Shown in pieces: positions 1-7,227 of a stretch of 11,978 nt of DNA (its first letter is position 1; every line of letters begins with the position of its first letter). The position numbers were made by a program, and so were the translations under genes. The DNA comes from Archangium sp. (GTDB lineage Bacteria > Myxococcota > Myxococcia > Myxococcales > Myxococcaceae): contig JANLPS010000292.1 of the NCBI GenBank assembly GCA_031367385.1, positions 1 through 11,978 of the forward strand, given 5' to 3'. The notes under the pieces are model-generated. The model ran no database searches and was not told the origin of the DNA. It was given only the letters and a program-made list of their open reading frames with translations.

Positions 1-1158
1 CATCTTGCCGGCCTCGATCTTCGAGAGGTCGAGAATGTCGTTGATCAGCGCGAGCAGGTGCTGACCGCTGGTGAAGATGTTGCCGATGAACCCGCGTTGC
101 CGCTCGGTCATCTCGCCCATCAGGCCGTCGCGCAGCACCTCTGAGAAGCCGATGATCGCGTTGAGCGGGGTGCGCAGCTCGTGCGACATGTTGGCGAGAA
201 ATTCAGACTTCATTCGGCTGGCGTCTTCGAGCTCGCCGTTCTTCTGCTTGAGCGTCTGCTCGAAACGCTTGAGCTCCGTGACGTCGCGCGCGGCCGCGTA
301 CACGCCCTGCAGCATGCGGTCGCGGTCGTGAAAGGTGGTCGCATTGTACGAGACCACGGTGAGGGTGCCGTCTCGGGCGCGCGCGGTCAGCTCGTAGTTG
401 GTGACCTTGCCCTCGCTGAGCACCCGGTTGATGCCGGCCTGGGCGAGCCCCGAGTCGGTGAAGTAGTTCTTGAACGGAGCGCCGATCAGCTCGTCGCGGG
501 TACAGCCGGTCAGCGCTTCGGTTTGCTTATTGACGTCGGTGATCACTCCACGGGGGTCGGTGGTCATCAGCGCATCGATGTTCGATTCGATGAGCGAGCG
601 GGTGTAAAAGTGCTGATCGCGCAGGCGCTGATCGAGCTTGGTGCGCTCGTCTTCGAGCTGTTTTCGCAGGGTATTATCGGTGCCGATCAGCAGATACCCG
701 ATGATCAGCTGCTGCGGGTCGCGCAGCGCGGTGACCGACACCACGGCGGGGAAACGGCTTCGATCTTTGCGAATGTAGGTCAGCTCGTAGATGTCTTCGA
801 TGCCGCGCGAGGCTTTGAAGACCAGCGCTTCGAAGCCCGGGGTGATGGGCGTGCCGAGCTCGGCGCTCAAGGCCTTCGCCCGCGCGACCAGTTCCTGCGG
901 GTCGGAGATGTCAGCTGGGGTGATCTGATTGACCACCTCTTCTGCGGTGTAGCCGAGCATTCGCTGGGCGCCGACGTTGAAGATCTGAATCACGCCTTTG
1001 GCGTCAGTGGCGATGCTCGAGAAGTTGGCGCTGCTCAGAATTGCGTTCTGCAATGCCCCTGATTCTTGGGTGAATTGGGGCGATACCGAGACCGGGGTCT
1101 CCATTATGCAGCACGGCCGAGGGCAGCTCGTTGGGGGCTCATGATTGGTGGTGCTCAT
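1..1158 (-). CDS. PAS-PAS sensor histidine kinase, 5' part (continues past the left edge)
   Basis: Manual translation of the - strand gives ...[37 protein letters not shown]... (PAS1, [27 protein letters not shown]...IGTDNT), then [40 protein letters not shown] (PAS2), then H-box [24 protein letters not shown] and [16 protein letters not shown]. There is no stop in the window, so it is not in the ORF track. Start is either ATG 1158 (GGAG 4 nt upstream) or ATG 1104 (no SD); the upstream in-frame stop is at 1207-1209. Confidence 0.93.
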   Translation of the reverse strand, partial: MSTTNHEPPTSCPRPCCIMETPVSVSPQFTQESGALQNAILSSANFSSIATDAKGVIQIFNVGAQRMLGYTAEEVVNQITPADISDPQELVARAKALSAELGTPITPGFEALVFKASRGIEDIYELTYIRKDRSRFPAVVSVTALRDPQQLIIGYLLIGTDNTLRKQLEDERTKLDQRLRDQHFYTRSLIESNIDALMTTDPRGVITDVNKQTEALTGCTRDELIGAPFKNYFTDSGLAQAGINRVLSEGKVTNYELTARARDGTLTVVSYNATTFHDRDRMLQGVYAAARDVTELKRFEQTLKQKNGELEDASRMKSEFLANMSHELRTPLNAIIGFSEVLRDGLMGEMTERQRGFIGNIFTSGQHLLALINDILDLSKIEAGKM

Positions 1159-1297
1159 GCAACTCCAGACCCGTTGAATCGGTCTGTGGTCGTGCGTGGT
1201 TGAACGCTACTCTGTCTCAGAGCGGCACGCCGAAGCGCCGCAGCGAGGCGTTTTGGCAGCAGAGGCTGCGGTCGAGCCAGAATGATAGGAGTGGTCG

Positions 1298-2335
1298 ATG
1301 GTCTCACAAACGGTCACTTTGACGAGCGCAACCGCTGCGATTCGGGCGCTCGCGAGGGCGGGCCGGGTCGATGACATTCTCACGGTGGCTGGAGACTGGG
1401 CTGCCAAGCTGTCGGGGGCTCCTCGCGCGTGGGTGGTGGCGCAACCCGGTATCGTGGCGGCCCCGATCGCCCGAGCCCACGGTGTCATCATCTGTACGCT
1501 CGCGCCTGAAGGGCTGGTGATGCTCGATCTCGAGCGCGTCGAGCCCGAGCAGGCGACGGCCGAAATCGACGCCGCGCTGACCCAGCTCGCCGAGGTCTCC
1601 GGTTTGGCCTTCGAGAGCGCTCGGCTGCGCCAGCAGGTCGAGGCGGTCACCACCTCGCGCGAAGCCCTGCTCAGCGGCATCGCGCACGACCTGCGCAACC
1701 CGCTCAACGCCTTCTCGATGGCCTCGAGCCTGCTGCGTGAGCACCTGGTGAAAAAAGAAGGTGACCCGGTCGTGGGCGTGGCGTTGCTCACTCGAATGAA
1801 GCGCGCGGCCGCACGCATGTTGGGCATCGTCGAAGACCTGGGCGATGCCGGGCGGCTCGATGCGCGCCAGACGGTGTTCGAGGTGCGCTCAGAGCATTCA
1901 GCCCAGCTGGTTCGAGACGCCGTGCTCGCAGCCATGGGAGACGGCGTCGAGAAGACGGTCACGGTCACCTCGGGGGGGCTCGACGAGGGCTCGCATGTGC
2001 TGGCCGACCGCAACCGGGCCCTGCAGCTCTTCGCGAAGGTCATCGCGTTTCAGGCCAAGGCGGCGGGTGAGCGCGGGTCGATTCGGTTGGGCGTTCAGCG
2101 CTCTGGAGACGTGACGGTCTTCACCTCGCGCGCGCTCGGGTTCGATGGCGTTGAGCTCTCTGCGCCGCCCGACGGCCAGGCCGGGCTGGCGTTCTTGCTC
2201 GCGCAAGGGCTCGCGGTGGGTCAACAGGGCGAGATCACCGTCGACCCAGGCGTCGGGTTCAACGTGACGATCACCCTGCCTAGCGCAAAACCTGACCTGG
2301 CGCGCACGAGCCTTGAAGATGCCACCGCCGCCTGA
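1298..2335 (+). CDS. HisKA-domain protein with degenerate HATPase-like C-terminus (putative pseudo-histidine kinase or phosphotransferase); N-terminus looks like a GAF remnant
   Basis: AGGAG SD 6 nt before ATG. LAEVSGLAFESARL resembles a GAF exit helix. H-box IAHDLRNPLN is intact. The C-terminus follows HATPase_c order (LADRNRALQLF...GEITVDPGVGFNVTITLP) but lacks the N-box Asn and the DxGxG motif. Confidence 0.8.
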   Translation: MVSQTVTLTSATAAIRALARAGRVDDILTVAGDWAAKLSGAPRAWVVAQPGIVAAPIARAHGVIICTLAPEGLVMLDLERVEPEQATAEIDAALTQLAEVSGLAFESARLRQQVEAVTTSREALLSGIAHDLRNPLNAFSMASSLLREHLVKKEGDPVVGVALLTRMKRAAARMLGIVEDLGDAGRLDARQTVFEVRSEHSAQLVRDAVLAAMGDGVEKTVTVTSGGLDEGSHVLADRNRALQLFAKVIAFQAKAAGERGSIRLGVQRSGDVTVFTSRALGFDGVELSAPPDGQAGLAFLLAQGLAVGQQGEITVDPGVGFNVTITLPSAKPDLARTSLEDATAA

Positions 2336-2350
2336 GAACCTCGTGGCTCC

Positions 2351-3133
2351 ATGGGGCTCACAGAACAACTCGAATCGCTGGGGTTGCGGGCCGGCGATCT
2401 GGTCATGGTGCACGCCTCGATGCGACGCGTCGGGGTGCGTACCGATGCGCTGATACGCGCGCTGAGCTCGGTGCTTGGCCCCGAGGGCACCGTGATGGCC
2501 TATGTCGACTTCGAGCCGACCGAGGCGAACCCGGGGTTTGACCCGCTGCGTTCACCGGCCGCGAAAGACCATGGGGTGCTCGCCGAAGCGATTCGCCAGT
2601 GGCCAGGTGCGGTGCGATCAACCAACCCCGGAGCGTCGATGGCAGCGATCGGCGCTCGCGCCCGGTGGCTGTGCGACGATCACCCACTCGACTACGGGTA
2701 CGGGCCGGGCACCCCGCTCGCCAGGCTGGTCGAGGCCGACGGCAAGGTGCTGCTGCTCGGGTCAGACTTCGATCACGTCACGTTGCTGCACTACGCAGAG
2801 CACCTGGCGCGGTTGCCCAAGAAGCGGGTCGTCACCTCGACCTGCGAGATCGTCTCAGACGACGGCCCGGTCGAGGTCACCATTCAGGAGTTCGACACCA
2901 GCCAGCCCGTGGTCGCGTCGATGCCCGAAAATGGCTTCGAGCTGTTGACCCACGCCTTCGTCGACGCCGGCCTCGCTCGCAGCGGTCAGGTGGGAGGCGC
3001 CGATTCACACCTCATCTCTGCCGCCCAGCTCACCCGGTTCGCCGTGGCCGCGCTCGAGCGCGACTTCGGAGGCCACCGCGAAGGGCGTTCAGAACCGCCC
3101 GCCGATGCCGACCCCAAGCCCCCGCGTCAGTGA
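2351..3133 (+). CDS. aac(3): Aminoglycoside 3-N-acetyltransferase family protein (Antibiotic_NAT)
   Basis: Family motifs LGLRAGDLVMVHASMRRVG, GPEGTVMAY, FDPLRSPA, GVLAEAIRQWPGAVRS.NPGASMAAIGARA, HPLDYGYGPGTPLARL, GKVLLLG...VTLLHYAEH, EFDTS. Confidence 0.9.
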   Translation: MGLTEQLESLGLRAGDLVMVHASMRRVGVRTDALIRALSSVLGPEGTVMAYVDFEPTEANPGFDPLRSPAAKDHGVLAEAIRQWPGAVRSTNPGASMAAIGARARWLCDDHPLDYGYGPGTPLARLVEADGKVLLLGSDFDHVTLLHYAEHLARLPKKRVVTSTCEIVSDDGPVEVTIQEFDTSQPVVASMPENGFELLTHAFVDAGLARSGQVGGADSHLISAAQLTRFAVAALERDFGGHREGRSEPPADADPKPPRQ

Positions 3134-3868
3134 CATCGGGGCCCAGGTCATGAAGGGCCCGGCTCGGTCGGCGCGCCGAAGATCGGCCGCGCGATAGGCC
3201 TCGGCGTCATTCACCAGGCGGGTGGGCTGGGTGAGAATCTGGGCGGTGCCGAAGAGCATGGTGCTCAGGGCATTGACCGCGCCAAACAGCCAATCTTGGT
3301 ACCCGAGCCCGAGAATGAGCAGCGCCGCCGCGCTCAGGCCAGCGTTCATCGCGTGCCAATACCACTTGGCTCCGAAGGCCTCGTTCTGCGCGTCGTCGAA
3401 GAGCCGCAGCTCGGCCTCCGCGAGCACGGCGCAGACCGCCTCAGGCTGAGAGGTGGCGCGCTCGGTGAAGTCGGCCGGGGCAAACCGCACCGCCACCGGT
3501 AACGCGATGAGCAAACCCAGGCTGGCCGCGCTGAGCACGCTGCCAACGATGAAGCTCGGCCTCGAGCTGACGCTGCCCGTGCCCGGGCCGGTGCCAAAGA
3601 CCCTGTCGCCGCCGAAGATCATCGGCACCTGGTAGGCCAGAAACCCCGCGCTGACGGCGAACCACGACCAGGTCCACACGCTGGCGCGGTGGGCGTCGCG
3701 GTGGAGCGAGGCGTCGATGAAGGCCAAGCGGGCCTCCGCGTCGACCTGCTGGAGCTCGCTCGACGCACCGGCGGGTGGTGCGCACAGGGTGGCCCAAGCG
3801 GGGCTCGCCGAGGTCGCGATGCTCAGGAGGATCACCCACCAGAGGCTTCGCGCACGGCTTGCGTTCAA
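3089..3868 (-). CDS. Hypothetical exported/membrane protein with signal peptide and C-terminal GxGxGxGGRF motif
   Basis: TTG start overlaps the TGA of the upstream kinase (TTGA). Sec-type signal MNASRARSLWWVILLSIATSASPAWA, about four hydrophobic segments, and the end WAPMSLTRGLGVGIGGRF. Confidence 0.75.
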   Translation of the reverse strand: MNASRARSLWWVILLSIATSASPAWATLCAPPAGASSELQQVDAEARLAFIDASLHRDAHRASVWTWSWFAVSAGFLAYQVPMIFGGDRVFGTGPGTGSVSSRPSFIVGSVLSAASLGLLIALPVAVRFAPADFTERATSQPEAVCAVLAEAELRLFDDAQNEAFGAKWYWHAMNAGLSAAALLILGLGYQDWLFGAVNALSTMLFGTAQILTQPTRLVNDAEAYRAADLRRADRAGPFMTWAPMSLTRGLGVGIGGRF

Positions 3869-5439
3869 GGCTTGGGCCCAATCGTGGTGAGGGTGACCGC
3901 GTCAGGGCTCCGCAGCTCCCGCGTGGTCGTCGCCGCTGGTTGGGTGACGTCGGTCGTCGTCACCACCGCGATGAGGGCCTGGCGCCCGCCAGGGTACGGG
4001 GCGTCAGGCCCAGTCAGGCCACGCAGCACGCGCGTCACCTCACGGGCACTCGACACGCGCCGGGCGGGGTTTGACTCGAGCAAGCCCATCACCAGGGTAT
4101 CGACGGTGGCCGAGACCGACGATCGGCCCTGCAGCGGCGGCTGCACCACACTCTCGAGCACCGAGCGCGCCAGATCGAGATCAGAGAGGCCCGAGTACAG
4201 CCGCTGGCCAGTCAAGATCTCGTGCGCGATCACCCCCAACGCGAAGAGGTCTCCCATCGGTGATGGAGGGCTGCCACCCAGATATTCTGGGGCCATGTAA
4301 CCGGTCTTGCCACGCACCGTGCCGGCCTGGGTCAGCTCGCTCGAGCCGGTCTCCCACCGCGCGATGCCGAAGTCGCTCACCTTCACCTCGCCGCCCTTCG
4401 AGATCAGCACGTTCGGAGGGTTGAGATCGCGGTGCACCAACCCGACCGTCGAGCCATCAGCGGCCCGCTTCTCGTGCAGGTAGGTGAGCGCCTCGGCGAC
4501 CTCGGCCACGACGTACAGCGCCGCCGCCACCGGGAGTTGCTGCTGGGTCAGCCCGGAGTTGCGCAGCAGCATCGCCAGGGTCACGCCATCGACGAACTCC
4601 ATCGCGATGAACCACGAATCGAGGTGACGGCCAAAGTCGAGCACCTGCACCAGGTTCGGGTGCGCCAGCTGCGCGCCCAGCTCGGCCTCTCGGCGAAACA
4701 TCGCGATGAAATCGGCCCGCTCGGCGTACGCGGGCAGCACGCGCTTGACCGCCACCTGACGCTCGAAGCTGCCCTCTGGCGAGTACGTCGCCGAAAACAC
4801 CTCGGCCATGCCCCCGATGCCCAGGCGAGCGCCCAGCACGTACTTGCCGGCGAAGTCTTTGCGCCGTGACTCTTCGACGAGGGCGCGAAGTCGCGAGACC
4901 AAGAAGGCGGCGGTCCCTCCGAGCGCCAACATCACGAAGGCCGGTACGATCACCTCTGACCAGGGGCCGCCCACGGCCCTGACGATCATGCCCGCGCCGA
5001 CCGCCGCCGAGACCGAGGCCGAAGCGATGACGAAGTAGTCGAGGGCCAGGGTGGCCAGAATCACCACCAGCGAGAGAAACGGGAGCGCCGACGAGAGCAG
5101 AAACCGGGGCTCCTCCATGTCGGGCATCGCGAGGTAGGAGGCCGAGCAGATCACCACCACGTCGATGAGGCCGATGCCGAAGGCCGCCCGCGCCAACAGC
5201 CCGGGCCTCACGATGGTCGCGAGCACGATGAGCAGCGAGACCACCGAATACGCGGCAAAGAGCGGCACCGACACCCGCCAGTCGGCCTGACCTTGCACGA
5301 TGCCAAGCCACGCACTGAAACCGGCATAGATCGTCGCCACGACGGCCCGGCTGCGCAGCAGCACCCGCACCGTTCGGAGCCGTTCACCATCGGTGATGGC
5401 CCGCAGGTGGGCGCGAAGGGTGCGGTTGGCGGTGGTCAT
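3865..5439 (-). CDS. Membrane-anchored Hanks-type Ser/Thr protein kinase (about 6 N-terminal TM helices, C-terminal kinase domain)
   Basis: LGIGGMAEVF, VAVKR, FRREA, HRDLNPPNVLI, KVSDFGIA, GKTGYMAPE, DLFALG. I moved the start to ATG 5439 (MTTANRTL) because the ORF-track start at 5610 would overlap the divergent ankyrin gene. Confidence 0.93.
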   Translation of the reverse strand: MTTANRTLRAHLRAITDGERLRTVRVLLRSRAVVATIYAGFSAWLGIVQGQADWRVSVPLFAAYSVVSLLIVLATIVRPGLLARAAFGIGLIDVVVICSASYLAMPDMEEPRFLLSSALPFLSLVVILATLALDYFVIASASVSAAVGAGMIVRAVGGPWSEVIVPAFVMLALGGTAAFLVSRLRALVEESRRKDFAGKYVLGARLGIGGMAEVFSATYSPEGSFERQVAVKRVLPAYAERADFIAMFRREAELGAQLAHPNLVQVLDFGRHLDSWFIAMEFVDGVTLAMLLRNSGLTQQQLPVAAALYVVAEVAEALTYLHEKRAADGSTVGLVHRDLNPPNVLISKGGEVKVSDFGIARWETGSSELTQAGTVRGKTGYMAPEYLGGSPPSPMGDLFALGVIAHEILTGQRLYSGLSDLDLARSVLESVVQPPLQGRSSVSATVDTLVMGLLESNPARRVSSAREVTRVLRGLTGPDAPYPGGRQALIAVVTTTDVTQPAATTTRELRSPDAVTLTTIGPKP

Positions 5440-5516
5440 TGGCGGCGGCTTCAGCTCGCGGGTGCAAACCCTAGCGCGTGGTGCGATCAAAGTCGTCGCC
5501 GACCCGCTAAGGTCGT

Positions 5517-5525
5517 TGGTACGGT
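5517..5525 (+). promoter_or_regulatory. Possible extended -10 element (TGnTAnnnT) for a leaderless ankyrin transcript
   Basis: TGG-TACGGT lies 5 nt before ATG 5531, and no SD precedes that ATG. Confidence 0.3.
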
Positions 5526-5530
5526 TCGGC

Positions 5531-6457
5531 ATGGCCCGCTTCGCGAAGCACTTCGAGGAGAAAAACGTCGCCGCGGTGACCACCGCCCTCAAGGCCGGTG
5601 AGAACCCCAATCAGAAAATTTCGGGGTGGCCGCCGCTGATCTTGGCGATCAGCTGGGGCGACAAGAAGCTGGCCCGTGCGCTGCTCGACGCGAAGGTCAA
5701 GGTCGACATCGTGCACGGCAAAGAGAAGACCACCCCGCTCCACCTGCTGGCGCTCGAGCTGCGAGACGTCGAGCTCGGCAAGCAGATGCTGTCGCTCGGG
5801 GCGCGGCTCGACACCTTCGCGGGCCACCGGGGCTACGCTCCGCTCCACTACGCAGTGCTGCCTGCGTACATGCGCGCCCGGTACGGAGGGTCGGTGCCCT
5901 TCACCGGGCTGTTGCTCGACCATGGGGCCGACATCAATGTGCGCACTGCGAAAGACAAGCGAACACCGCTTCACCTGCTGTGTCAGAGCGACAGCGGGCT
6001 GATGAGCGCAGACGAGGCGAAAAACGCCATGCTGTTGATGAAGCACGGGGCCGACATCAACGCGGTCGACCGCGAGGGCAACACCCCCTTGCACCTCGCC
6101 GCAGGCAGCGGAGGCCGCGACACGGTGAAGGCCCTGCTCGAGCGCAAAGCGAAGGTGACGCTCGATGCCTATGGCAACAGCCCGCTGCACCACGCCGCGA
6201 GCGACCAGGAGATCAAAGACCCCGCGCTGTGGCAGGTGCTGATCGACGCGAGGTGCGACGTGAACCAGAAGAACGACGAAGGGCTGACGCCGTTCACCGA
6301 AGCCCTGCGAAGCGACGCGGTGAAAGCGGCCAAGTTCCTGGCCTCGCGGGGTGCCAAGCGGTCGGTGCTCTTGCCCGAGGGCCTCGACCCGATTGAATAC
6401 GCCGAGCAGAGCGGCTCGCTGGTGTTGGCCAAGTACCTCTCTCGAACCCTTAGGTAA
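5531..6457 (+). CDS. Ankyrin-repeat protein (about 8 repeats, cytoplasmic)
   Basis: Repeated GWPPLILA, TTPLHLLA, GYAPLHYA, RTPLHLL, GNTPLHLAA, GNSPLHHAA, GLTPFTEA, GLDPIEYA, with LLDHGADIN and KHGADINAVD turns. Start set at ATG 5531 to avoid overlap with the kinase. Confidence 0.9.
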   Translation: MARFAKHFEEKNVAAVTTALKAGENPNQKISGWPPLILAISWGDKKLARALLDAKVKVDIVHGKEKTTPLHLLALELRDVELGKQMLSLGARLDTFAGHRGYAPLHYAVLPAYMRARYGGSVPFTGLLLDHGADINVRTAKDKRTPLHLLCQSDSGLMSADEAKNAMLLMKHGADINAVDREGNTPLHLAAGSGGRDTVKALLERKAKVTLDAYGNSPLHHAASDQEIKDPALWQVLIDARCDVNQKNDEGLTPFTEALRSDAVKAAKFLASRGAKRSVLLPEGLDPIEYAEQSGSLVLAKYLSRTLR

Positions 6458-6469
6458 CGAAGCAGGTTT

Positions 6470-7051
6470 TCACCCTTTTTTGTCTGCGCTGCCCACCGCG
6501 TCGGCCGCCACGTCGAGGGCATTCTCGAGGGCCGCAGCCACTTCGCGTGGGTTCGCCGACGACGCCATCATCTCAGCCTCGGGGTCTTTGCGGTTGTGCA
6601 CGCTCGGCAGGTCGCGGCGCAGCTCTTCGACCAGGGCGATCAGCTTGGCCACTTTGCGCTCGGCGACGAGCTCGAGGTGAAACGAGAGCTGGGCGCGGCG
6701 CTCAGCCAGCTTGCCCTGGCGATTCTGAATGATCAGCACCAGCGCGGCGGCGAGAAAGCCGCTGATGCTCGTCAGGCCCTGAAGCCAGAAGAACGGAGGC
6801 GGGTCGAACGGGGCGTACCCCAGGGCGATCATCGTGATGTTCGCCGTGAGCCAGCACCCGGCGAAGGCGAGCGCCCCATAGAGCAGCACGGGTCGACCGA
6901 TGGTGGCGAAGAGCCGCTCGACGGCGCGCTGGTGGCTGCCGGCCTCTTGCTGCGACTGCGCGTGCAGCGCTGCAATCACATCGAGGTTCTCGACCACCGC
7001 GTCATTCACCGGCGGGGTCTTTGGAGGAAACGGAGTTTCTGGCGACGGCAT
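6470..7051 (-). CDS. DUF1003 family membrane protein
   Basis: Two TM segments flanking PFDPPPFFWL, followed by LVLIIQNRQ and a coiled tail, as typical of DUF1003. ATG 7051 has GGAG 7 nt upstream; ATG 7072 is an alternative. Confidence 0.85.
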   Translation of the reverse strand: MPSPETPFPPKTPPVNDAVVENLDVIAALHAQSQQEAGSHQRAVERLFATIGRPVLLYGALAFAGCWLTANITMIALGYAPFDPPPFFWLQGLTSISGFLAAALVLIIQNRQGKLAERRAQLSFHLELVAERKVAKLIALVEELRRDLPSVHNRKDPEAEMMASSANPREVAAALENALDVAADAVGSADKKG

Positions 7052-7154
7052 GACAAAGCTCCGAAGTGACATGAACCAACGCCGGGGTCACTAGCACGGG
7101 GGGCGGAGGTGCGCGGTGTACGGGGTCATACGCCACGCATGCACATTGAACGAC

Positions 7155-7169
7155 GCATCGATTGCGCCA
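7155..7169 (-). promoter_or_regulatory. Candidate sigma-54 promoter facing the DUF1003 gene
   Basis: The - strand reads TGGCGC-AATCG-ATGC against the consensus TGGCAC-N5-TTGC, with exact GG-N10-GC spacing, in the divergent intergenic region. Confidence 0.4.
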
Positions 7170-7227
7170 CGATTGAGCTACCCTCAGTTCAGGCCGCTGC
7201 AGGAAATTCCCCAAAGAGGTCCTCTCC

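Noticed and set aside
181..1062. 293-aa + strand ORF
   Set aside because: Antisense shadow of the PAS histidine kinase on the - strand; no recognisable motifs.
1088..1101. Palindrome GAGACC-GG-GGTCTC
   Set aside because: Single 6-bp inverted repeat within coding sequence; no supporting context.
1254..1269. Sigma-54-like TGGCAGCAGAGGCTGC upstream of the pseudokinase
   Set aside because: GG-to-GC spacing is 11 rather than the required 10.
1207..2413. Minus-strand ORFs 1207-2043, 1304-1744 and 1898-2413
   Set aside because: Shadows of the + strand HisKA gene; no motifs.
2351..3133. aac(3) as an integron cassette or transposon cargo
   Set aside because: No attC, terminal inverted repeats, integrase or transposase, and no evident compositional shift.
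5393..5610. Head-to-head overlap of kinase (start 5610) and ankyrin (start 5393) ORFs
   Set aside because: Artefact of longest-ORF calling; starts at 5439 and 5531 leave a normal 91-bp divergent gap.
6450..6482. Terminator between ankyrin and DUF1003 (T-rich)
   Set aside because: No strong GC stem; the longer T-run is the antisense of Lys codons.
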